Both the position numbers and the translations under genes were made by a program. Below the pieces are notes generated by a model, which ran no database searches, was not told where the DNA came from, and saw nothing but the letters and a program-made list of their open reading frames with translations. DNA of 64,000 nucleotides from Tubulanus polymorphus (taxonomy: Eukaryota > Animalia > Nemertea): the NCBI RefSeq assembly GCF_964204645.1, contig NW_027437449.1, forward strand, positions 1 through 64,000, in the 5' to 3' direction. Shown one piece after another: positions 39,011-51,000 of the stretch; within the stretch, counting starts at the first letter, position 1; the number at the start of each line of letters is the position of its first letter.

Positions 39011-40213
39011 ATGGAATTAAGATCGAGTTTTCTACTTCGAATTTTTGTCATCGCACTGACAGCCATTTCGGTAAGAATCGATATAGAATTCGTTTCAAAA
39101 TCTCAATTTCAGATTGAGCTGAATAGCCCAGGTATCCTAGCGTCTGCAGGCCCACGTATCCTAGCGTCTGCAGGCCCACGTATCCTAGCGTCTGCAGGCC
39201 CAGGTATCCTAGCGTCTGCAGGCCCAGGTATCCTAGTGTCTGCAGGCCCAGGTATCCTAGCGTCTGCAGGCCCAGGTATCCTAGTGTCTGCAGGCCCAGG
39301 TATCCTAGTGTCTGCAGGCCCAGGTATTCTAGCTAACCGAGTCAAATTGTTTAAGTTCTTGTTTGTTTCAGTCTGTCTTTACTGCCACTTTCTCTCAAGC
39401 CTCCAAGAGTGACATTGACACGTCATCAACAGTACACAAACGTTACTATGACGAAAGCATTTGTAAAGTAGGTCATCACAGATATGAAATAATCTTAATA
39501 GAAAATCTCATCATATCTTTGAAACCTCTGAACTCGATAGATCAATATGCGTCCTATTGTAAGACACGCCATCTGGTGGGATAGCTAGTGAATTATTTTT
39601 CTATTTTGTAGCGAGTATTTTGTCCTGCTGGTTACAGCTGCCACACTATGAATGTCTTTGATCTATATCCGTGTCCACCAGGACAATACTGTAAACCAAT
39701 TCATATTGGAATATGCAAATCAGGTAATACCGTGGTTATAGAGGAATCTACCAGGACGGTCCACTAGGTGTCGCTTACAGTTACACCAACAACAGGTGTC
39801 GCTAGTAGTTACTCTTCTAGGTTTCAATTAAAATCAAATCAAATTTTCTTCTCCTTTGTAAATCGTTTATCATTGTTAACAGCGACAGTGAATGTTTTTC
39901 GAGGTTCTTTTGATTACAGCAAATAGTTTTGAAAGTCAGGAATTTGGAAATGAACTGACTTTTGTAAAACTGACTGTCTGGTGCCAGTTACGTGGATGAT
40001 TGACTTTTTTTCTCAATTATTTTGATAGGAATGAAAAAGGGCAAATGTCCGTCAGTCGATGTGAATACACACGTGATCTGTCACGCTGATTGGTGCACTT
40101 ACGACTCCGATTGCCGTGGGATCGAGAAATGTTGCTCTCGTGGTTGTGGCAGATCGTGCATGAAGCCCGTTAGTGCCGCAACAGGCATTCGACAATATTT
40201 TCACCTAAAATAA
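39011..40213 (+). CDS. Secreted WAP four-disulfide-core protein (~150 aa); exons 39011-39070, 39372-39467, 39612-39723, 40029-40213
   Basis: Signal peptide MELRSSFLLRIFVIALTAIS; 6-Cys region; WAP domain KKGKCP..CHADWCTYDSDCRGIEKCCSRGCGRSCMKP; AATAAA at 40242. Confidence 0.85.
39127..39332. repeat. 24-bp minisatellite in WAP-gene intron 1
   Basis: Unit GCCCAGGTATCCTAGCGTCTGCAG. Confidence 0.9.
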
Positions 40214-41416
40214 TTCATTCATATGATTTTTGACATCTGGAAATAAAAGCTAAATCGAGTTTAATTATTTCAATTCTGATCCTGATTCCTCTGTGGATAA
40301 AATCCTGATTTCAATGTGGATAAAATGCCGTTAAGGATAAACTGATTCCACATCATTTAACTTCTGCAAATTAATAAATTAACAAAATTCATTCAACGAT
40401 TAACAAAATTTGTTGTAATTCATTTCATGTCTTTATGGTGATAATTTTTTGGATTTTGTGCCCGCCGTTGAGTCACGATTGGACTGGTTTCCGTGATCTG
40501 TCCGAGAATTCGTATCATATATTGAATAATTGCCAAACACTTTGGTTTCAATTCCGCGTTAAACATTGGTATTCTAAAAATACATTCATTACAAAGTAAA
40601 ATTTGATGTATTTATTGTGTATGGTTTTATACGTCACATGATGTCATAGGGGGAATTCATAGAGACGCAGGAATCTTTTCGAATATATAGAAAGAGATGT
40701 CACGTGTCAATGTCATTTACCCCGTAATGTTGCGCAATAAGATTGAATTTGAATTTGCATTTGTATCTTACCGATACGATAAGCTTTCCATTTTTCTGCA
40801 AATTTTGCTCTCCAAAACTCAGAATACGTTCATTTGATGAATAAATTCTGGTTATGAACAAAATATAAGATGTTCTGCTTCATTGATGTATCGTTTGTTG
40901 GATTTAGACGCTGAAATCACCACGAGCTCTTCACTTGAAGTTGAAAGGTAGATGATTTTTGCTGCCATAGGAATTGCAGTACAGAATATTTTGGGGTCTC
41001 CGGCGCATTTAATCGCGATTTTGAGTGGTGAAACGTTATCAACTGGCCTCCAGAAAATATTAAAAATATAGGATGTTTTGAACAATTTAAAACAGATTTC
41101 ATCGAAATCCTTTAGATATTTTAGGAGTTACAGCAGTTTTAAATCGAAGTGTCTGTGTGGGAGTTTCCACCCTTTTCTTTTCATCCAGTCATCCAGTATC
41201 CCTGCTGTGATTCATTTAGACCACAAATGCATGACTTTTCACAAATAAGAAATGCAATATCCAGGATTTCCATAGACATTTCTATCAAAGGCTTGGATAG
41301 GTGATATTCAACTTTGCAAGTGGCCACATTCCACTGCAGATCGACTTTGGAAAACAAAATTCTGAAAATGTTTAATCCAATGAACCCGAAATGATAACAC
41401 AATTTTAAACGTAGTC

Positions 41417-41585
41417 AGATGGCGCTGTATAAAATACTATTATTTAAAAGTGAATAAAATCACGGGTTTTCTGATATTTTGAACTCCTCGTGATTTGAAC
41501 TGGAAATCAGAAGTGTTTTTAATTTTTCAGGGATTTGAACCTGTGTTCCATGTTTGAACTGTTTATCTTGTAAATTAAATAAACT
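41417..41585. repeat. Dispersed repeat, second copy at ~61985-62140
   Basis: Shared CAGATGGCGCTGTATAAAATACTA..AAAAGTGAATAAAATCACGGGTTTTCTG..TCTTGTAAAT. Confidence 0.75.
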
Positions 41586-42419
41586 CATCTCCTTCAAATT
41601 AAATACATAAAAACATCCAATAATAAATTTTCTTTGACAAAAAATGTGGAACTTTGGATTTTGTGTTTCACACTCAACGCTACAGAATAAATTCGATGAC
41701 TTCCGATACAGATTCAATGACCTTCAGTAGAAAATGAGAAACATCTCGTGAAATGTGTCAAAATGTCCACGTGACGCGTGGGTCCCATCGAAACCGGTTT
41801 CATCTAGTTTACATTACGCATATTTCGTACCAATTAGCCAATCATCGACGAGTATGACTAATTATGCGTCCAATCATTAATGAGGATGTTTTGGAAGGTG
41901 GACCTGGTTTTAGCGGCAAACTCAATTATTCAATTTTCAAATTAAATCATTTTGCTATTAGAGATGTGTGATTTATACCGATATATACTTCATGCAGTTC
42001 AGAATGGATTGATATCTTCACTAGAGTCACCGTGCAGTTTATAGAGCGAAGATGGATTATGACCAGTGACCCCAATAGTTAGATAATATGAAATATGAAG
42101 CTTCATTGTGTTCGACAATTCTTGTCGTTCGCGCAGATTACTACATCTGGGTGTCTTGTATATGTTCGCACCTGGAGGTTATCGCGATGGTGTATGGTTT
42201 ACCAGTCTGGACAGAGGTGCTCAAACTGTCTCCCGTAAACAATTAGACACCTCTTGTGAACATATTAGGATTTATTCTAAATGTTATCGCGCTGAAACGA
42301 AAGATAAACCGTTCTCAAAAACTGAGCCGTTACTGGAAATTCAATGGAATTTGAATTGTCTTCTTGTTCAGGATTTATTTGGAATGAAATCGCGCTCAAA
42401 CTAGTTCCGGATTGATATA

Positions 42420-43915
42420 AACTGTGCTCAATAAACTGAACTGTCATAAAAAACACAAGGATTCAAATTGACTCTAGGATTATCATTGGATTCATACATT
42501 ACACACACAGGATTGGATAAACTGTCAGTTAGAAAAAACATTAACAGCTGAAATTATGTTTTATAGGTTTAGTTAGTTATTAGGAACTTACTCGGTGAGT
42601 TAGTAAGTTAAAGAAATGCATGAAAATTAGTACAATTTCCAACGAAATGTGTAAGTTTAAGTAAAGGAATTTGGGTGCTATTTGCAACAGGGTCCTGTGG
42701 AGTCTCTGGGTCTCTGGTCTTGCAGATAGAGAAAGCTGTTTGTTTATTTCGATGCCTAATATCTTTATTTTCACTAACGGTTTCACTAATGTCTCTGTCG
42801 GTCAAATAGATAAATAACAGGTTAGCCTGGCTGTATTGCGCAATGTTGAATTCAGTTGTACATGTATCATCATCAGGGTGACCGAAACCGGTTCTGTCCA
42901 GTTCAGGTCATCATTAGCTATGCGCGCCACTTGACCAATCAGAATTACTTATTGCGCCCCGCATCAATTATGTGGCCTATCGCCGGCCGCGATGACCAGC
43001 CGCGCACGAACCGAGTGCAAAGCGAGCAAGAAACCCGCTCCATTAGAATCCGTCACAATCGCGGTTTTAATTTACATCATAAAACACGAAATTAAACGAT
43101 AAAAAAACAATTCAGAAACGATAAAACTGATACGGATAAGATGAACGCGATTGTTAGGTGAGTTTGTCGAGATTTCCGCATCGCAAATTTCTAGATATTT
43201 ACGTGAAAAAGTAAGTTGATTTTCACACGTGTGAAACCCAGCAATGTAAACGGCATATAAACTTCTACTCGTTACTTATAGACTATTCAGATACAAGGGT
43301 AGATGCAGGATTAATTTGCAGGGGGGGGGGGGCAACATACGTGGGGTGCCTTTTCGATTACAAGGGGCACCCCCCCCCCCGTAAAGCGAGTGCAGTGAGG
43401 CGCGAAGCTGTGAGGGGTTTTTGCCCGGGAAATGAATTTATCGGTATTTCGACTATGGTTGTTTGAATTTCTTCTTTGTTTTATTTTTCAGGCTTCACGG
43501 AACTTGGAATCGATTCAATCGGAGTTCAATTAAATCAGGATTATTGCGATATTACAACAAACTGCGCTCATAACAAACTGTGAACTATTATAAAAAACAC
43601 GAGGATAAAAACTGACTATAATTCTGAGGATCCCTGGATTCATACATTACACACAGGATTGGATAAACTGTGAGTTAGAAAAACATTAACAGCTGAAATT
43701 ATGTTTTATAGGTTAAGTTAGTTATTAGGAACTTACTCTGTGAGTTAGTAAGTTTTTAGAAAGGCATGAAAATTAGTACAATTTCCAACGAAATGTGTTA
43801 GTTAAAGTAAAGAAATTTGGGTGCTATTTGTATCAGGGTCCTGTGGGGTCTCTGGGTCTCTGGACTTGCAGATAGAGAAAGCAGTTTGTTTATTTCGATG
43901 CCTAATATATTTATT
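42420..43915. repeat. Local ~350-bp duplication (42420-42768 vs 43558-43915)
   Basis: Shared GGATTCATACATTACACA..AACAGCTGAAATTATGTTTTATAGG..GCAGATAGAGAAAGC..GATGCCTAATAT. Confidence 0.85.
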
Positions 43916-44460
43916 TCAGGATCCTGTATTTTACGCTTCTATTTCCAGGGTTTCTCTCTATTTTCAGGTGTTTTCCTTTTATTTCAGAATTTCCGTTTTT
44001 TCTAATCTTTTGTTTTATAAGAAAACGACTTTCATGTAAAAACGTTTAGTTGAAATAAAAATGACAATTTCAGGGTCATCGCTGAGACAAGACCCCAGAA
44101 GACTAGGCCACAGAGGACGTGTCTTCAACCCCAGCACACAACAGAGTGGCCCGATTCAGGTGCGGCCTGTATGTTCTATTTCAGTGTGAAGAACAAGACC
44201 CCCTAGTCACAGAAGATTGAACCTGAAGTTGAATGATGATGACAGAGTGACTGAAGAATTCCGGTGCGACCTGTATAACATGTCTCTATTTCAGTATCCC
44301 CCTCCCTAACCCCTAAACCCGAGCCCGAATAGGTAGGCCGAATATATATAGGTTAGGTTAGAATAGTTAGTTGATAAATCTGTGAATTAGAACATAATTT
44401 CAGCTGTTTATATAAAATACAGTTGTTATTTCAAGTGGAACTTTTTAACAATAAAAGTTG
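43020..44460 (+). ncRNA. Possible multi-exon non-coding or micropeptide transcript
   Basis: CCAAT/GC promoter-like region at 42920-43010; strong donors (AG|GTGAGT 43157, GTGAGT 43670); many TTTCAG acceptors; AATAAA at ~44450; no long ORF. Confidence 0.35.
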
Positions 44461-45264
44461 CATTTATTTACAATGAACTGGATTGAAAATGTTTGACAGT
44501 TTGTGAGTTAAGTGTGATTTGATTAAGATGAAGAGTTGAACTGTTGAACTCTACTTCTTATAAAATACAAATGACATTTACAACTGGTTTCAGGTTCAGA
44601 TAGCACCCACCCCACCCGGTCGGGTCCTATTCCTGAGGTACCTCGGTTTCTGGTTTATTTGGTTGAATTAATTTACTGATTTTGGTCGCGCTGTTTTTGA
44701 TGTCGATATTTCTCGCGTATATTTTTAGGAGACGCGGTTTTTTTAATTGATGATTCAAATCATTGAACGATTATTATATTTAAATCATTCACACCTTGTT
44801 ATTTTGAGGTCTCCTCTCAAATTAATCTCGTAATAGAAGCGGTTGTTTTTGTACCATTGAACATCAGTGTTTTATTGCAAACATAGAAATTCATTACATA
44901 AAACAGAATTAGATTCAACAATTTATTACAATTTTCTATATGTAGATTATAAATGTTGGATGTGGCTACGAACTTTTTAAGTCATCATTTTGAAGTCATT
45001 TCGTGTTGTTTTATTTTGCTCACGGCGATTCTAGGTAGGTCTCTGTGTATTGTAATTTCGCGAGGTCAGTTCCTCCAATTTCACAACCTTCTCGTTGTCG
45101 ATAAAATTAAATTTCAAAGTTTTAAAATTCACTGTTTGAATTCGTTATAGTTGTGACGATAAACTCAACCAAACGACCATTTCAAATTACGTAGCTGAAT
45201 TAGAAATAGGCCTGAAACAAACTAAGGCTCCGATGTAAATGTAACGACTTATCAAAATGAAATT

Positions 45265-45410
45265 TAATTTCACTTCTTTCAGGTTTTGGTGTCTGTGAAG
45301 AGTTCACACGCTACTCATTGCTTCCTCGTAAGATGGCCGATGTTTATAGGTTATAGGATGGATATTCTCCTCCTCCACTAGGAGGCGCTGTAGGTAAGAC
45401 GCGGTGCAAC
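45265..45410 (-). pseudogene. Decayed inverted fragment of the 3' end of the 26986-27774 PPxY gene
   Basis: Minus strand ACCGCGTCTTACCTACAGCGCCTCCTAGTGGAGGAGGAGAATATCCATCCTATAACC..CCATCTTACGAGGAAGCAATGAGT..TGAACTC matches 27631-27790, with deletions. Confidence 0.8.
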
Positions 45411-46336
45411 AATGTTGACAAAATAGAACAAATTCAGCTGATAATTCTTGATAGCGTCGATAGAAGAGAAAGTTTTTAATTTATTTCTGGCGGCGGCAAT
45501 TTAGATCAGGTCTGATTAGAAACTGTTGTAATCAGAGAATGATAGCGGGTAGTCAGTGAAGAGTCACCACATCTGACTGGTCACTGGTCACCGAACCTGA
45601 CTGGTCACCAGTCACCACACCTGACTGTGTTATTTCTGTTCTTCCCAGCATGTCGTTTTGGTGAAGAAGGCGTAATTTATTACCGGGGGCGATCGGGTCT
45701 GATTAGAAATTGTTGAAATCAGAAAGATCATAACTTTTTGATATTTCACAAGCAAGATAAACTTGTTCGACTTTTATAAAACAGAAGTAGACCGTATGAC
45801 GTAAACATCAAGCGATTGAAATATTCACTTAACTTTTATTTAGCAAAAAATCCTCGAGATGATTTTGTTTGCTAGATTTAAGTTGTTCAATTAAACAACT
45901 TAGTATTCAAAAATGATGGTAGTTTTGTTTTTATAATTTTCAATATAAATGGTAGGACTTACTTTTTAGAATATTTGATAACGCAATCGATGCTTCAAAA
46001 AATACCGATAGAAAAGGAGGAATTAGATATATTTATTACATAATTACATATAATTTTCTGACCGATTAGAGGGATTGAGATCGGCCCAAGTGGAATTCTA
46101 ATATGAGGAGCTAACTAAGGGCAATAGCAGCGGTAAATATCAGTAAAAATGGATGTCTAATAATAGTTTATCGCAGTTACCCGAATATTTTAAAATCTGT
46201 GTTTAATTCTATCGTTGCGAGGAAAAATGAAATTGGTTTTTTCAAAATGAAAATTGTGAATGATTTGAAATGCGTCGTTAAAAGTTGGTTAAAACGGTTT
46301 TTGGGAGAAGGCTATCAATACTCACAGTGATCAGCT

Positions 46337-46560
46337 TAGTCGCGACCCGGATCACAGTTGTGTCGTCTCTTAGTCGCGACCCGGATCACAGTTGTGTCGT
46401 CTCTTGGTCGCGACCCGGATCACAGTTGTGTCGTCTCTTAGACCGGGCCCAGTCCATATAGAAATGGAAACTTGTGTAAGATTAGACCGGGCCCAGTCCA
46501 TATAGAAATGGAAACTTGTGTAAGATTAGACCGGGCCCAGTCCATAGAAATGGAAACTTG
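46337..46560. repeat. Adjacent 37-bp and 49-bp short tandem repeats
   Basis: GTCGCGACCCGGATCACAGTTGTGTCGTCTCTT x3; TTAGACCGGGCCCAGTCCATATAGAAATGGAAACTTGTG x~2.5. Confidence 0.8.
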
Positions 46561-48032
46561 TGGTCCATTCTCCTCATAATGAAAAATGCCCAGCTCCAAA
46601 TAAACACCACACAACAATCTGTATAAACTAGATGACACAGTCTTTATTTTCAGCAGAATATATTGGGCTTGAGGGCACCATCTTTTCCAAGTAACAAATT
46701 TTCCGTACCCTTCTTTTCACAAAACAAACAACGCTCTTCACCATCAAACACCCTTTTCCTCTTAACTGACTCCATTCAGCTGCATTCATCCATGGCAAAG
46801 ATTTGAGACATGATTTCAAAACAACACCCATTATTGTCGTTTCCAAGGATATTTTGAGCAAACCTAAATTTGAATCATTAGCTGCAAATGAAGTCATGAT
46901 CATTTCATCAAAATACAATGGATTTATATGGGATATGATGATTCCAGAACTATTTATTAGTGGTCGGACTACTAGATTTTCATTTTATTTTAGTTGTAGC
47001 TTTTTTCTCTGCCCAAAAACGGGTAGAGCGACCCGGAAAACATAGCAATCGATACCAGTATCACTTTTCTGTGACAACTCAAGATCGGACTGTAACCAAA
47101 ATAATTTCATAGGCATTTTCCGCCTTGGTTACCATGGAGACAGTCAACAATGTTGGAGTACAACCTTTAACAATATGTGCTTCCATGGTAACGGAGTTTG
47201 TTTGATGTTGATGTCCCACAGCAACAGGAAAGTCGGTTATCCATTTATCCATTAATTAAATCTAAATCTATGGTGTCATAGCAACGACTTTTCAACAATG
47301 ATGGTCATTATGATTCGTCATATGGAACACGGGCAATAAATGAATTATGTTATTATTTAGTTAACTAAAACTGATTAATATAATTCCCGTGTCTTTGCAT
47401 TAACAGAAATTTTCAGCCCTGTGAACAGCGCCCAGATTAGGTTGCTAGGCAGCAGCCAACAATATATGATTTTAAACGTTGGATTCCTGGGTTTGACAAA
47501 ACATGTATAAGCGTATATATATATATGAAACCATACTCTGCTGACGCGCAAAAGGTTAACAACCTTTTAAGGTTAATTTGCAATATATTTGACGATTTTC
47601 CTTCCTAACGAATACCTCGTATTTAGCGCCCCCTATAGGCCGAAAGTGAAAAATCACATAGTGGCAGACAGGTGTTTCAGGGGGTGGGGGGAGTCTCACC
47701 TTTCATTTAAGCCCGGGTGCCAAGCTCTACCCAAAAATGCCCAAAGATTGGTCTTGGATAGCTGACTATATAGGTTGAGACCTTCTCTGTCCCGTACAGT
47801 GAATAAACATTGGTTAACAATAAAATAGACACGAAATACACAATTATATAAACAATTGACTACAGCGAGCAAGATAAAAATAGTGAAACGATTAAAATCA
47901 GTAAGAAGATAACAAAAATTGAAAAGATACATGAAGTAATAATTAGTCCATATCTCACACTTGACGATATCTTGTGTGAGATCGAATCCTCGGGTTTTTT
48001 TAACTTGATTGAATAAATTCTTGATTTATTTA

Positions 48033-51000
48033 CTATATATCTATTCCTACTCTCAGTCTTTTATTGAGTTTTTTAAGTTCTGATATGATGTAATCTCTCG
48101 TCGTATCGCGGTCGGTGCTGCAGCAGTAGATACACAGGTCAGAAAGATGCGGAAGATTATTGATTAATTCGACGATTGATTTGACGAATAAATCGATATC
48201 GTGCTGTGTATTAATCCGCGCGAGTGAACTGTGAAACTTTAAATAACGAATTGACGAGACGTGTTTTAGTTGTTTAAAGATGCGATTGTTCTGTTCCGGT
48301 CTATCGAGACAGCTATCAATACTGACTTTTATCAGCTGATTTACCGCATCTGTTGATAGATACCGAACAAGTGCGTCAACATCAGCTTCTGAATGCAACT
48401 GTATTTCTAATACAGTCAGCCGCGGCGGGTGATCTAGAACGCGGTGTATTGGTAAATTAAATCCGTAAATGAAAAGACGTTTTAGTTTCGGCATTGAACC
48501 GACACTATCACTGATTGCTGCACATTCATCTGTCGTTAGTTTGCTCAGTCCGCTCAGTCCGAGCAGTCCGAGCTGAATTGTTTCGATGTGTGAAGATTTT
48601 ATCGTGTTGTTTAAATCATTCAATTCCTCCGAACCGATCAAATCTTTATCGAATATTACTCCAAAAAGACATAAGGTTTTCAAACTCGGAATGATGTTTA
48701 TCAGCCCTCTGATTGTATTTCTATCGAGCTGATATTCCCACAGCGATCTGAGATATAGATGTTTTATGGATGGATACGATTTGTGAATATTGACTAAAAT
48801 ATTACCTAAACGTTCCGCACTAACAACAGTATTAATAATCAGACTCTCCACTGTATTGTGTGTGTTAGTATCAACACTGATCAACCGCGCGTCATCTTTA
48901 GTGTTAATCTCGTGACTTGTAATAATCCATTCATTATTGAGTTTCTTGTAACATTCACCATCTCGCCGCACAAACCAGTTTAAACTGTTGCTCTTCTGAC
49001 ACATAGTCAAGCACTGATCGGGTTTTGATGACCTGTATGTATCTAATATCATACCGTGAAGACTAGTGTTACTCGCTATGGCTGTTTCTAATACGCGGTA
49101 ATCGTCGGGTTCCAGTTCGTGAATACCCAGTATGTAAACTAGCTCGATCTGACATTGTTTGTGTTCGAGTATTTTTGCGAGCATGTTTATCTGCGATCTG
49201 CTATAAAATGCAGATACGAACAACATTTTCTGCATGTAGTGAACTATTTCACTAATGGCGTCGTCCGGCCAGTCGGCTTCATTCATGCAGATTGACAACT
49301 GATGAGATAAAACAGTTCTTTCGGATCGGAGTTCGATGTAGCGTTCGTAATCGGGGATGAGCGCCAAATCTGCCGATTCCCTAGTAACCGTAACAAAGGA
49401 CTCGACTCTATCCACTATTGTGACTGCTTTTAAATGTTCATCTATTAAAGTCTTGAAAAGTTCACCGAGGCCGCGGTTAAACTTGTAACGATACAGCAGC
49501 CCTGCCATGAATCTCGGGTATAATTCACCATATTTCACAAGTTCGTCCTGTAGTTGTTCAAACGCGCATTTATTCCAGGGTGTTTTCCAGGGTATTTCAT
49601 TACTGTTGTTGAATTGTACGACCGAGTGTACCGCCGCCAGAAATTCGTGCACAGATTTGTGTATGAACCGCAGCTGGACGGAGCGGTCTGATTTCCGTCG
49701 CGGCGACATCTCTTTGCACGTCAAAGCCGTCCTTTTCGATTCGTCGAGTTTGAGACGACTTTCGGTGAAGCTGTTTTGATGCTCGATGAGCGTCTCATAC
49801 GCGACTTGACAAATTTCTTTAAGCGCTTTAGAATTTTCGATATTGCGGAAAAAACATTCCTTCGACAACTCGAGGCCCTCGCGTTTACTGATCAGAAAAC
49901 ATGTCAAATCGATGTAGATATCGGTGAGTTTTGATGGTATCGTAATTTCTTCCTCGTCCATATACAGAAAACAAAACATATGTAGTATCAGCGGGTTGTA
50001 GTAGATACTTTTAAATAAAGGTGACGCTGCGGCTTCAATCTTGTCGAATAGCTGATATGGATCGCGCTCGGGGAATTTTCTCTTCATAATATCGATGACT
50101 TCTTCCTGTTCGAAGCCGGATATCGATACAACGGTGAATTTGGGATCAGTGACGATCATGCTGCCCCCGGACTCACGTGTTGTTATGACGATATGCGCTT
50201 TCGGTAATTTATTGGTCACGTGTACGATGTCTTTTTTCGCTTTATCGTTTTTCAACTCGTCGAAGCCGTCTAGAAAAAATATCGATTTTTCTGCATTTTC
50301 CTCTACGAATTCTTTAAAACTATCAATCGGCAGAACCTTTCTGATTTCTGGATTCAAAAGATTTTCGTAAATGTACTTATAAATACACGCGTTATCAGCG
50401 GGCAGTTCATTTAACGGTATATAGAATAACATAGGAAATGTTTTTAGAAACGGTGATCGCTCCCATGACAACACTTGATTAACTACCTGAGTAGTTTTAC
50501 CCATACCGGGTTCACCTACGAGGCACACGGGTTTCACATCACTCTCTTTATAAGTGAAAAGTTTCCCGAAATCATCGGGTAAAATCAATGACTGCTCCTC
50601 ACTTCCTTCATTTTTCTTCGGGTTTCGTTTTTGGGCTTGAATTTTCGCGTGTTCTTGGGTGAAGAAGTCATTGAAATTGGTGACTTCTTCGTTCCACCAA
50701 ACCTCTTTGAAATTTTCAACATCGATCATTCGTTGATACGTTTTTTTCAAACTCATCTGAACTTGATCAACATCTGTAAAAATAAAATCAGTTTGAGATT
50801 TTTTAGAATTTCTATGGCGGCTGATTTTGCCTCAAAATCATAGAATCATAGAAAATGTCATGAGCTAAAATTTTACAATATTGACTGCAGTTAAAAAATA
50901 TACCAAGGAACTACAGAGTTATTCTGCTATTCAACGCCCCCTGGTGCCCTTAAACAAAAACCAACGAACCTGAAACTCACCACAATCATATATCATGCCA

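Noticed and set aside
46628-47045. Short ORFs, including a CLFC-containing frame, as a transposase relic
   Set aside because: Too short and interrupted to assign by eye.
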